From the NCBI GenBank assembly GCA_017456495.1, contig JAFTJI010000028.1:1-58596 (forward strand): DNA of 58,596 bases, written 5' to 3'. This stretch comes from Lentisphaeria bacterium (lineage in GTDB: Bacteria > Verrucomicrobiota > Lentisphaeria > Victivallales > UBA1829). Numbering within the stretch: the stretch's first letter is position 1; each line of letters begins with the position of its first letter. The translations under genes were made by a program, and so were the position numbers. The notes below the pieces were generated by a model that worked only from the letters and a program-made list of their open reading frames with translations, was not told the DNA's origin and made no database searches. Shown one piece after another: positions 46,044-55,040 of this stretch.

Positions 46044-47855
46044 ATGAAACAAAGACAGCCTGCTTTTGAAATCAACGATAACTTGATCATTGTCGAAAAC
46101 CGCTATGGGAAATTGACCCTTGCACTGCCGCCGCAGCCCAGTTATTTTTTCTGCAAAACGACAAAGCGGCTTTTCGGCATGATCGCCGGAGGGGATTGTA
46201 CTGCTTCAGAAAAGAAAGAAGATGTTTCTGAAACGGAAAATTGGCAGATCGAAACATTGGATAACGGGGATCTTCTGCTGAAACGGAGTGAATCTTCTGC
46301 CGTCTGGAAGAAAAAAACATTTTGTCTCAGAGTAACTTCCAACGCATTTTGCTGGTACCATGAGCTGGAAGGCGAAGGCAAGCTGGAAGATGTCCGGTTT
46401 TTCCGCAGCTGTTATCAGGGCAGAGAATATGGATTTGCCGGAAATTTTGATGAAGTCTATACAGCAGCCCCAAACTTCCGGGAACAGCAGTGGTTCCATC
46501 CGTGTTCGCGGGTTGTGATTTCCAATGGAAACGACAGCAGCCCCAATACCGGGCTTCATGCGCTGGCATCTGTTCCCCACGTTATGGGATTGCATGACCG
46601 CCGCGATAAGACATTGATGGGAGTTGCCGCATTTGCAGAACCGGGAGAGTATCTCTGGGATGAAATGATCTGGAATCCGGAAGTATTGATTTCCCCCTCT
46701 GATTATCATGGAGATCTTGTAAGAGCCGGAGGGTTCGCACTCAGTTACTATGGGAAAAAACAGATCAACGGGAACTGGACCTCTCCGGAACTGGTTTTCA
46801 CGTTCCCGGACAAAGTGGAAAATACTTTGGGAACAGCTCTGGAATATGCTTACGCCGAAAAACTTCTGCCCCGTCCGAAAAAACACAAAATCACAGCATG
46901 GTGGCAGGAACCCATTTATTGCATGTGGGATGATCAGACGGCTTTAGCGTTCAAATCGGAAATTGATTATCACCGTGTTCCGGATGGTAATCCGGGGGAA
47001 TTTGCAAGCGAATACTGGGCTGACCGCTGGCTTGATAAACTGGCGGAAAACAACATAAAACCCGGAATCATCATCCTTGATGACAAGTGGCAGAAAACAA
47101 AAGTTGCTGCCGATCCGGATACGGAAAAATGGAAAGATCTGCGCGGATGGATCGACCGCTGTCATGAAAAAGGGATCCGGGTGTTTCTCTGGGGGCTTGC
47201 GTGGCACAATGAGGATATTCCCCTTGACGAAGCGATCACCCGTGACGGTGAAATCGTTGCCGGAGATGTCACAAATCCTGCATATGAAAAGCGGCTCAGA
47301 GAAAAAGTCTACCGCTATTTTTCATCCGATCCGGGCTGTTTGAACGCCGATGGAGTGAAGATTGACGGTCTGATGGCTTTGCCGGTGGGGCGCGGGTTGA
47401 AGAATTATGGTAATATCTGGGGACTGGAATTACAGAAACGTTTTCTGCAAACCGTTTATTCCGAAGCAAAAAAAGTGAAACCGGAAGTTTGCATCTCAAC
47501 ATTCACGGCAAATCCTTATCTGGATGAATTTTCAGATATGGTGCGTCTGGCAGATATGTTCACATACCGTCTGACAACCGAAGATTCCATGCGATGGCGT
47601 TATTCCGTATTCAAAACGACCAATCCTTACGTTTTGATCGACACTGACAGTCAGCTGAACTATAATCTGGATCCGGATTATCTGCATGCGCTGGATGTCG
47701 GTGCAGAAATGGGGATCCCGACAATTTACAATGCGGAATTTTTACGCCGGAACCGCTACTTTTTTGCGGCAGACTACCGTACTCTTACCAGAGAAGAGTA
47801 CAGAAAGACAGCTGAAATTTTTGCAAAGCACCGGAAGAAGATCAAAATCTCCTGA
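46044..47855 (+). CDS. Putative glycoside hydrolase, clan GH-D-like TIM barrel
   Basis: IILDDKWQ and ADGVKIDG blocks recall the DDGW and KxD motifs of GH27/36/31-type enzymes. No signal peptide. Confidence 0.45.
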   Translation: MKQRQPAFEINDNLIIVENRYGKLTLALPPQPSYFFCKTTKRLFGMIAGGDCTASEKKEDVSETENWQIETLDNGDLLLKRSESSAVWKKKTFCLRVTSNAFCWYHELEGEGKLEDVRFFRSCYQGREYGFAGNFDEVYTAAPNFREQQWFHPCSRVVISNGNDSSPNTGLHALASVPHVMGLHDRRDKTLMGVAAFAEPGEYLWDEMIWNPEVLISPSDYHGDLVRAGGFALSYYGKKQINGNWTSPELVFTFPDKVENTLGTALEYAYAEKLLPRPKKHKITAWWQEPIYCMWDDQTALAFKSEIDYHRVPDGNPGEFASEYWADRWLDKLAENNIKPGIIILDDKWQKTKVAADPDTEKWKDLRGWIDRCHEKGIRVFLWGLAWHNEDIPLDEAITRDGEIVAGDVTNPAYEKRLREKVYRYFSSDPGCLNADGVKIDGLMALPVGRGLKNYGNIWGLELQKRFLQTVYSEAKKVKPEVCISTFTANPYLDEFSDMVRLADMFTYRLTTEDSMRWRYSVFKTTNPYVLIDTDSQLNYNLDPDYLHALDVGAEMGIPTIYNAEFLRRNRYFFAADYRTLTREEYRKTAEIFAKHRKKIKIS

Positions 47856-47930
47856 ACCGGAAAACCGGGATCATCAGAAATCATTCCAATCAGTTTCCGG
47901 AAAAACATCTGATAAAAAAAGGTTTTTGAC

Positions 47931-47959
47931 TTGACAATCAGGTATTCTTATGGTAATTT
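47931..47959 (+). promoter_or_regulatory. Sigma70-like promoter candidate (TTGACA-17-TAATTT)
   Basis: TTGACA 47931-36, 17-nt spacer, TAATTT 47954-59. Upstream of the DegT-family gene. Confidence 0.45.
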
Positions 47960-47979
47960 GTGTGCAGCAGGAAAAAAAA

Positions 47980-47997
47980 TGATGTTCGCAAACATCA
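47980..47997. promoter_or_regulatory. 7-4-7 inverted repeat, operator candidate
   Basis: TGATGTT-cgca-AACATCA, perfect arms, about 20 nt downstream of the putative -10 box. Confidence 0.4.
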
Positions 47998-48074
47998 GCA
48001 ATTTTGCCCCAAAAAGAGACTTGAGCTACTGAGAAATAAAGTTTCAAATATAACAGAAATGAGGAGAACAAAGA

Positions 48075-49292
48075 ATGAACACATTAGCAGTTAACGGTGG
48101 AACACCGGTTTTTTCCGAACCGAAAACATTTGCCCCCTGGCCGCCGGTTTATCCGGAAACCGGAGATAAGCTGCGGGAAATATATATGAGTGCGAACTGG
48201 AGTTTTTACGGTCCGGTCGAAAGCGATTTTGAAAAGAAATTTGCAGATTATCACAATGCTGAATACGGCATTTTTATGGTCAACGGAACCACTACGCTGG
48301 AATGTGCCCTCGCCGCTCTTGGAGTCGGGCCCGGCGACGAGGTGATCGTTCCCAGCTGGACTTGGATGGCAACCGGAATGGCACCGATCTATCTTGGAGC
48401 AACACCGGTTTTCGTTGATGGAGAAAAAGACACTTTCTGTATTGATCCTGAGGCATTTGAAGCAGCCATCACACCGCGGACCAAAGCGGTCATTCCGGTA
48501 CATCTCTTCGGCTCCATGGCTGATATGGACAGAATCTGCGCCATTGCAGAAAAACACGGGATCGCCGTCATTGAAGATTGTGCCCATGCTCACGGCGGAA
48601 AATGGAACGGAAAGGGAGTCGGCAGCTTCGGAAAAGTCGGAAGTTTCAGCTTCCAGCAGTCCAAGATCATGACATCCGGCGAAGGCGGTCTCTGTACTGC
48701 AAATGATCCGAAGATTTTTGAGACGATCTGCCGTTTGAAACATATCGGTTATGCACCCGGAGGACGGCGCGGTGTCGCTGCCGGAGGAAAACCGGAAATG
48801 GGATTGCTCTGCCATAACTACCGCGCGACAGAGTTTCAGGCGCAAATCCTTCTGGATCAGCTTGATCATCTGGAAGCAGACTCGATTTACCGTTCAGAAA
48901 ATGCGGAGTATCTGCGCAAAAAACTGGAAGCTATCCCCGGCTTGAAAACGCAGGCTCCCGGACGGTGCGCCACCATGCAAAGCTATTATGTGTTCGGCAT
49001 CACCGTTGATCCGGAAGTTCTGAAGCCCGGTCTGACCAAAGCGGACGTCATTGCAGCGATCAACGCAGAAGGTGCAAATGAAGTTTTCGGCGGCTGGGGA
49101 GCTGTGACCTATGAACAGAATCTCTGGAACGTTGCACCGGAAAAATACCGGGTCGAAAGCCATGAAGTTGTCCGTGATATCATTCAAAACCGGATCATTC
49201 TGCTTGGGATCCAGTGGCTGATGAGCGACCGGGCGGCATTGGATAAACTGGTTGATGCCTTTGCAAAAGTCATGAAGGCATATTCCAGATAA
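48075..49292 (+). CDS. DegT/DnrJ/EryC1/StrS family PLP-dependent aminotransferase
   Basis: NGTTTLECALAALGVGPGDEVIVPSWTW, IPVHLFG and FSFQQSKIMTSGEGG (PLP lysine context) blocks. AGGAG RBS. Confidence 0.85.
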   Translation: MNTLAVNGGTPVFSEPKTFAPWPPVYPETGDKLREIYMSANWSFYGPVESDFEKKFADYHNAEYGIFMVNGTTTLECALAALGVGPGDEVIVPSWTWMATGMAPIYLGATPVFVDGEKDTFCIDPEAFEAAITPRTKAVIPVHLFGSMADMDRICAIAEKHGIAVIEDCAHAHGGKWNGKGVGSFGKVGSFSFQQSKIMTSGEGGLCTANDPKIFETICRLKHIGYAPGGRRGVAAGGKPEMGLLCHNYRATEFQAQILLDQLDHLEADSIYRSENAEYLRKKLEAIPGLKTQAPGRCATMQSYYVFGITVDPEVLKPGLTKADVIAAINAEGANEVFGGWGAVTYEQNLWNVAPEKYRVESHEVVRDIIQNRIILLGIQWLMSDRAALDKLVDAFAKVMKAYSR

Positions 49293-49362
49293 TTACGCTT
49301 GCAATCTGCGGAAGATAGGTGTAAAGCAGATCACCTGATGCGATCAAAGTTACATATATGGG

Positions 49363-50223
49363 ATGATTTTCAGAATGGATTTCGTTTTCAAGAAAAGTAA
49401 AAATCTGACAAAGAAATGGGACGAGACCTACTGGTTTTCGTCCTCGTTTCAGGGGCGGAAAAAACAGATCGTGCTTGCCTTTTACGGGGAAAGCACAGTT
49501 TTTGAACCCTGCGAAATCCCCTGCCCAGGGTGTATGGATCTTTACTGTTTTGAATATATCGTTCAGGGGAAAGGAATCCTGATAGACGCAGATAATTCCC
49601 AGTATCAATTATCTCCGGGGGCGATGTATATCATTTCCCCGGAACGTCATTGCCGGATCCTGGTAAATTCCGGACAGGGCTTGCAGAAAATCATGCTCGG
49701 AGTTGCCAATGGTACGCTGCTGCAGATGATGCTTTATCATTCCCAGCTGGGCAGCGGAGAACTGCTTCAGCTGGATGATAACAGTGAAGCAGTAGAGATT
49801 TTCCGGCAGATCGGCGGGATGGTAAAGACGGGGAGCGTTCCGGAGCAGTGGCTCGCCACGGAATGTTACCGGTTCCTGCTGCAGTTATCCATGGCTGAAA
49901 ATACCGCGCCCTGCCATTCGCTGCATTCCGTCAGTGAATATATGCAGAACAACCTGCAGCACACTTTGACACTGGAGCAGCTTGCTGCTGTCGCGGGGAT
50001 GTCCAAAATCTCATTTATCCGGAAATTCCGGAAAGTATTCGGCTGCACTCCGATCCAGCATTTGATCGCATTGCGGCTGGATTATGCAAGAACTTTGCTC
50101 AAGCTGCCCAATATGTCCGTCAACGAAGTCGCTTCTCTGTGCGGATACCGGAACGTTAAATTCTTTTCACGGGAATACCACCGTCATTTCAAATTTCCCC
50201 CGTCACAAAACAGACAGGGTTGA
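49363..50223 (+). CDS. AraC family transcriptional regulator
   Basis: C-terminal double HTH (MSKISFIRKFRKVFGCTPIQHLIALRLDYARTLL...VKFFSREYHRHFKFPPSQ). Confidence 0.9.
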   Translation: MIFRMDFVFKKSKNLTKKWDETYWFSSSFQGRKKQIVLAFYGESTVFEPCEIPCPGCMDLYCFEYIVQGKGILIDADNSQYQLSPGAMYIISPERHCRILVNSGQGLQKIMLGVANGTLLQMMLYHSQLGSGELLQLDDNSEAVEIFRQIGGMVKTGSVPEQWLATECYRFLLQLSMAENTAPCHSLHSVSEYMQNNLQHTLTLEQLAAVAGMSKISFIRKFRKVFGCTPIQHLIALRLDYARTLLKLPNMSVNEVASLCGYRNVKFFSREYHRHFKFPPSQNRQG

Positions 50224-50263
50224 AATCCTTCCCGAAATCAACCATGACATCTGTAAAAGTGAT

Positions 50264-50447
50264 GAGGCAATTTCAAAAGTCCGGCAAAATTTGTCTGAAA
50301 AAGGATTGTTGATGAGCTGGAAATGGCAGTTTGAGTGTGGCTACCATCCTCCTTCGCTGAAGCTATGGAGGATAAACCGGGAACGCTCCATTTTACAGAT
50401 CGAAACAAGGATTTTCTGACATTTTAGAAGACTTTTGACATTGCCTC
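50264..50447 (+). mobile_element. MITE-like repeat, copy B (184 bp, complete)
   Basis: TIRs GAGGCAATTTCAAAAGTC ... GACTTTTGACATTGCCTC. Perfect 4-bp direct repeats TGAT/TGAT flank it. It contains an internal ATCCTCC...GGAGGAT stem. Confidence 0.85.
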
Positions 50448-50456
50448 TGATATAAA

Positions 50457-51896
50457 TCACATATTCTTAAGCAATTGACGGAACTCTTCTGCCGCCATTT
50501 CAAGAGTACCCGGATAACTTGCTCCGCCGCCAAGACAGAAATATCCGGAGAAGTTGCGGCAGCGCATGATAGAAATCAACTCCTTGATCTCCGCATTCCC
50601 GCGCGCCAGCCCGGTTCCGGTTCCATCCCAGGTGCTATCTGCAATATCAAGCTGTCCGGTCGTCTTGATGAAACGTCCGGTGGAATAGGAATAAAGAAAT
50701 GGATGTTCTCCGGCTTTGGCAAAATTTGCAGCGTTGAAACAAAAAACGGATTCCGTATCTTTTTTGAGCACTCCGGCAAATTCCTGCGCGGCAGATTTTG
50801 CACTCTGAGCAACGTTATAAAGCACAACTGTCAAGCCGGATTTTTTCAGGATCTCAGCTGTTTTTGCAGAACCTGCCAGGGGCATGATCACCCGGAAAAT
50901 CCCTGCTGCAAGGAGTTTTTCTGCCAATTTTTCCGGTTCGTCAGGAATGATCGGCAAACGGATCCCGGAAACTTCGATATTTTCTCCTTTAAGTTCCTGT
51001 ACAGCAGACAGAAGTTTTGCCGCGGGGAGATTCGCAGCGATCTTTCCCTGAACATAATCCAACTCAATACGGCTGATCCCCTGTTTCTTCAGGTTCTCCA
51101 CCATTTCCGGAATATAACGCCCAGCCAGACGGGAAGAGACGGTCAACCGGAAAGATTCTTTCGTCATTTCATGGGCATAAATTGCGGCATGCTGTTTGAC
51201 GCAGTCGGCACATTCCGGATTGTTGCAGAGAACCAGATCGGGGCATTCTCCACCGGCAGTGAGGAGGATATCGAACATGGCAGTACAGTCGATCACTCGC
51301 ACCTGCGCATTGCCGATCCGACCAACATTCATGGCTCCGGATTGCAGCAGAAGAGAATCGAGCCCGATAAAGTCGCGGTGCGGTCCGGGAAAATATTTAT
51401 ATTCTTTCCTGACCTCTTCTCCGGAGGGTGTTTTGACAGTACAGGAAATCGGCTGCAGGTAAGGGAGTTCCAGAAGTGCTTCGATACTGTGAAGCGTTGT
51501 ATTCCGATCCTGATCGACACCAAGCAGGCAGATCATACCTTGTTTTTCCGCCAATCTGGTAAATGGTGTATGGATCCCGTGAGCAGTTTCCGCTTTCCAA
51601 TGATCTTTGCAAAGTTCTTCTGCCGCCGGTCCGTATGCGGCAACAGCCCCGACCGGACAGGTACTGACAATCGCGCCGGGGAGATTTTTGACTTCTTCAA
51701 CAAGAACGCCGAGCTTTCCGAAAGCCGGAACCAGCAAGGTTCCTTTTCTGCCGATCACATCAAGAAACGCCTTGATAACTTCTGAAGGACCGCCTTCCAC
51801 TTCGCCCAGACTCAAATAGGAGCTGTGAAGCATTACGATGCTGCCTTTTTTTAATCCGAGACTCTTCAATCCTTCCGCAATTTCTTTCCGGTCCAT
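50457..51896 (-). CDS. Fusion protein: N-terminal AAC(3)-family N-acetyltransferase domain + C-terminal xylose-isomerase-like TIM barrel (sugar phosphate isomerase/epimerase family)
   Basis: GSIVMLHSSYLSLGEVEGGPSEVIKAFLDVIG ... LLGVDQDRNTTLHSIE is the AAC(3) pattern. Residues about 255-479 look AP_endonuc_2/IolE-like. AGGAG RBS. Confidence 0.6.
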   Translation of the reverse strand: MDRKEIAEGLKSLGLKKGSIVMLHSSYLSLGEVEGGPSEVIKAFLDVIGRKGTLLVPAFGKLGVLVEEVKNLPGAIVSTCPVGAVAAYGPAAEELCKDHWKAETAHGIHTPFTRLAEKQGMICLLGVDQDRNTTLHSIEALLELPYLQPISCTVKTPSGEEVRKEYKYFPGPHRDFIGLDSLLLQSGAMNVGRIGNAQVRVIDCTAMFDILLTAGGECPDLVLCNNPECADCVKQHAAIYAHEMTKESFRLTVSSRLAGRYIPEMVENLKKQGISRIELDYVQGKIAANLPAAKLLSAVQELKGENIEVSGIRLPIIPDEPEKLAEKLLAAGIFRVIMPLAGSAKTAEILKKSGLTVVLYNVAQSAKSAAQEFAGVLKKDTESVFCFNAANFAKAGEHPFLYSYSTGRFIKTTGQLDIADSTWDGTGTGLARGNAEIKELISIMRCRNFSGYFCLGGGASYPGTLEMAAEEFRQLLKNM

Positions 51897-51918
51897 TTTT
51901 TTCTCCTGTTATGACTGC

Positions 51919-52584
51919 TTATTCATTATTCACTTCTGCCAAAACTCTGCACGGAATCTGGGTCAGTGTCGGAATTTTCGGAAATAAAACGGTCAGCTCC
52001 ACCTGTTTTGCCTGAATACGGCTCATGCCGCGCGGCTCGCAGACTGTGCTGACTCCTGCACCGAAAAGTTTCAGAAAAACACCTTCCAGGGATTGGCTTT
52101 CAAAGACATCAGAAACCAGCAGACGGACACCGCATGAGATGATCCAATCCACGGCACTGGAATCCAGCCAGACGCTCCTCCGTTCAATTTCATAAGGTTC
52201 CAATTCTCCGAGAGCATTGATCATGAGAGCCGGTGTGGTCACCTTTGAACCGAATGCCTGTTCCAAATCCACCCCGGTAATTTTTCCGCTGCCGCTTGCC
52301 CGGTCAAGCCGGATCACCGAACAGGGAACCCGATAGAGATCTTCGACCGGAACATTGTCCGCACGAACGCCGTCATCGGTTTCCCTGATATGTCCCGGAA
52401 GATCAATATAGCTTCCGTACATGGAATTGACCTCAAGATCATAAACCATTCCTGTATAAGCAGTATTGGCAGACTTCAAAGGAACCTCTTTGGGACGGAT
52501 CCGTTCAACGGCATCCTGCGGAAAAGTACATGTAAGATCTATGAGACGGCTTTTTTTCTCCGGACTGTTGCAGGGATTTTCCAT
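51919..52584 (-). CDS. Cyclase-family-like protein (PF04199-like) with a divergent metal motif
   Basis: GSYIDLPGHI aligns with the HxGTHxDxPxH cyclase/kynurenine-formamidase motif, but the first two His are replaced. Start chosen at 52584 (AGAGGA RBS); the ORF extends to 52605. Confidence 0.4.
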   Translation of the reverse strand: MENPCNSPEKKSRLIDLTCTFPQDAVERIRPKEVPLKSANTAYTGMVYDLEVNSMYGSYIDLPGHIRETDDGVRADNVPVEDLYRVPCSVIRLDRASGSGKITGVDLEQAFGSKVTTPALMINALGELEPYEIERRSVWLDSSAVDWIISCGVRLLVSDVFESQSLEGVFLKLFGAGVSTVCEPRGMSRIQAKQVELTVLFPKIPTLTQIPCRVLAEVNNE

Positions 52585-52732
52585 TTTATTCCTCTGTTTT
52601 ATCATGGATGCTGGATTATCTGAAATAATGCGTTACTATAGCATCGGTTCCAAAGATTTCAATAAGATCCAAATCCCTCTCTTTCAAAAAGATTTAAGGT
52701 TTCCCGTATGTTTTATGCTTTTTCTGTCCCAT

Positions 52733-52753
52733 TTTTGATACTATAATGCACCT
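52733..52753 (+). promoter_or_regulatory. Third copy of the conserved motif TTTTGATAnnATAATGCACCT (no obvious promoter downstream)
   Basis: TTTTGATACTATAATGCACCT, with the same upstream TTTTCTGTCCC context as sites 1 and 2. It lies in the intergenic region between two minus-strand genes. Confidence 0.4.
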
Positions 52754-52851
52754 TTTTTCATACGGATATTTTCCGGTGGGATCGGACGGTTTACGCGCTG
52801 GCTGGCATTATGAAACGGCAAAAAATGGGACTGTTACACCCTCCCCGTTTC

Positions 52852-54897
52852 TTAAAACCCGGTGATCTGATAAAGTCCGGCAGTATGATGGAGATGCTGA
52901 TTTTCCGGGAGAATCGTTTTCACACCGTAACGCATCAGCTCAGCACCGCTCTGGATCAGCTCTTCATCTGCTGCAAAAAGCTTTTTCACGCGGTAATTTT
53001 TCGCGGGATCAAGATCCTGCAGACGGAAGTTCCGGACAGAACGGCGGGAAGCTCCATCGCTGAACACAAAAAGCAGTGAATCAGTCGTCTGATCCCCCTG
53101 CATCTGGAATGCAAGATACTTTTCATAGTCTGTAACAGAAGAATCCGGAGCAGTCAGCAGGAACACATGGGAATCGGAGAAGAATTTCCGGTTTTCTTTG
53201 TAGAAACTGACAAAGGAGGCAGCCCGGGTCTTGATTTCCGGATCCAACTCAGCGAGTTCTCCGGAAAATCCGGGGATCCCAAGCAGTCCGGAGATCATGA
53301 CATAATCCAGATCGAACAGAGCCGCTTCATCCCAGGTTGCGGCGGCACTTGCAAGAACCTGTGTTACATCGGAAACTTTTGTTCTGCGTTCCGGAGCCGG
53401 ACGCATGACGATCCAGTTCAAGGTCCGTCCGGGTAAAGTCCGCATAAAAGTTCCCTGACGGATCCGCAGCGTTTCAAAAGGATGAGCGTTGTCGCTGATA
53501 AACGCATGGTCATAGATCAAAGCGGTTGAAAGGTCATTGCGGAGACTTCCGGAGCCGCAGTTTTCGATCACGAGGTCAGGGAACTCTTTCCGGAGAAGCT
53601 GCATCTGCTCGTTCAGAATCGTGCAATAATTGTGAAGCTCCGTACCTGTTCCATCATAACCGACACTTGCATTGAAGTCGATCTTAATATATTCCGCACC
53701 GAATTTTTTTACATTTTCAGCGATCACGTTGCGGAAATATTCTGCAGCGGCAGGCTGAGTCAAATCAATTCTTGTGGTATGTTCCGGAAACCATTCAGGA
53801 TGTTCGTTTCTGATGGGGATCCCGAAAGCAAACCGTTCAGGTTCCATCCAGAAACCGAACTTCAAACCGGCAGCGCGGACTTCATCGGCAAAGGCTTTCA
53901 TGTTTCCATAGAAAGGGGCATCCGTCTTTTCCCGCCAGTCACCAACAAGTGACCAGCCGGAATCTCCGCCGAACCAGCCGGCATCGACGATAAAGACTTC
54001 GCAGCCGATCTCTTTTGCCCCCTGAAGTTGCCGGGAGAGCTGCTCACGGGTAAAATCTGTAAAGCGGTAAAGCCAGCCGTTATAAACCACGGGGGGCTGA
54101 TGAAGGTTTGCTTCCGGCATCCGTTCCCGGATCATGTATTTCTGAAGGGGCGCACTGATCTTCAGGAGGTCTCCCATAGGGACATCCTGGATCAGGATTT
54201 CGGGAAGTTCAAGTACCTCTCCGGGCTGAAGCATCAGAAAAAGATCCGTATCTGCCAATCCGGCTTCAAGAACAGCTGTCGGGGCTTCATTGCTGATGAT
54301 ATCGGAATGAACGTGGATGGTCCAGTTTCCGCGGGGGAAAACGTGGAAAGCTGCGGCAGTCATATTTTCTTCATCGCGGATCACACAGAACGGGGTATTG
54401 CCAACAGTTGATCTTGCGGCTCTTCCGTGAAGATGAACATCCGCCCCGCGCAGGGGCTGACACTGCAGGAGATTTTCAGCGTTCCAACGGGACATCTGGG
54501 AATAGATGTTATGTTCGCCCGGAGAGAAAACCCAGCGGGGCAATGCACGGCGCACTGTAACGGCTTTGTCACTGGTATTTTTCAGCTGATAATGACAGTC
54601 GATCAGACCGTATTCCGGTTCAAATTTCCACAGAGATTCCATACAGACCGTTTTTCCGGCATCAGAAGCGGCAAACCGGAACTCCTTTTCAGAAGAGGAA
54701 AGAATTTCATATTTCCATTTGGGACCTTCCAGCCGTTTTTCATCCACACAGACCACAGCAAGCCCGGAACAGGAATAGTCATCCTCCTGCATATTGTGTC
54801 CGCAGGTCATCCCGCAAAGATCAGTCAATGTCAGGGTTGCAGATTCCGTATCATAAGAGAATTTTGTACAATTCGGGAAAGTAAAATTTTTTTTCAT
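52852..54897 (-). CDS. Alpha-galactosidase, GH36
   Basis: FIVDAGWFGG, YIKIDFN and ENCGSGSLRND correspond to the GH36 DDGWF, KWDMN and CxSGGGR blocks. ATG at 54897 follows AAGGAG. Confidence 0.85.
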   Translation of the reverse strand: MKKNFTFPNCTKFSYDTESATLTLTDLCGMTCGHNMQEDDYSCSGLAVVCVDEKRLEGPKWKYEILSSSEKEFRFAASDAGKTVCMESLWKFEPEYGLIDCHYQLKNTSDKAVTVRRALPRWVFSPGEHNIYSQMSRWNAENLLQCQPLRGADVHLHGRAARSTVGNTPFCVIRDEENMTAAAFHVFPRGNWTIHVHSDIISNEAPTAVLEAGLADTDLFLMLQPGEVLELPEILIQDVPMGDLLKISAPLQKYMIRERMPEANLHQPPVVYNGWLYRFTDFTREQLSRQLQGAKEIGCEVFIVDAGWFGGDSGWSLVGDWREKTDAPFYGNMKAFADEVRAAGLKFGFWMEPERFAFGIPIRNEHPEWFPEHTTRIDLTQPAAAEYFRNVIAENVKKFGAEYIKIDFNASVGYDGTGTELHNYCTILNEQMQLLRKEFPDLVIENCGSGSLRNDLSTALIYDHAFISDNAHPFETLRIRQGTFMRTLPGRTLNWIVMRPAPERRTKVSDVTQVLASAAATWDEAALFDLDYVMISGLLGIPGFSGELAELDPEIKTRAASFVSFYKENRKFFSDSHVFLLTAPDSSVTDYEKYLAFQMQGDQTTDSLLFVFSDGASRRSVRNFRLQDLDPAKNYRVKKLFAADEELIQSGAELMRYGVKTILPENQHLHHTAGLYQITGF

Positions 54898-55040
54898 AAT
54901 CCAAACTCCTTCGTTTTCTGTAAGATACACCCTGAAAGATAAATTTCAAATGCTTAAAAAAATAAAAATTCTTATAATATGAGATTGAAAATGATGATTT
55001 TGCAAGTATATTTTTTTTCTGAATCAAGGAAGGGAACAGA

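Noticed and set aside
50350-50420. A short ORF inside MITE copy B (ATGGAGGATAAACCG..., about 20 codons), also beginning in copy C.
   Set aside because: The ATG and the reading frame are absent from copy A, whose core differs. The GGAGGA is more simply the 3' arm of the internal ATCCTCC/GGAGGAT stem.
52810-53079. An 89-aa plus-strand ORF downstream of the orphan conserved motif (52733-52753), as a possible small gene driven by it.
   Set aside because: It is antisense to the 3' end of the GH36 gene, has no RBS and no -35/-10 after the motif, and the product is unremarkable. An antisense transcript cannot be excluded, but a protein gene is not supported.
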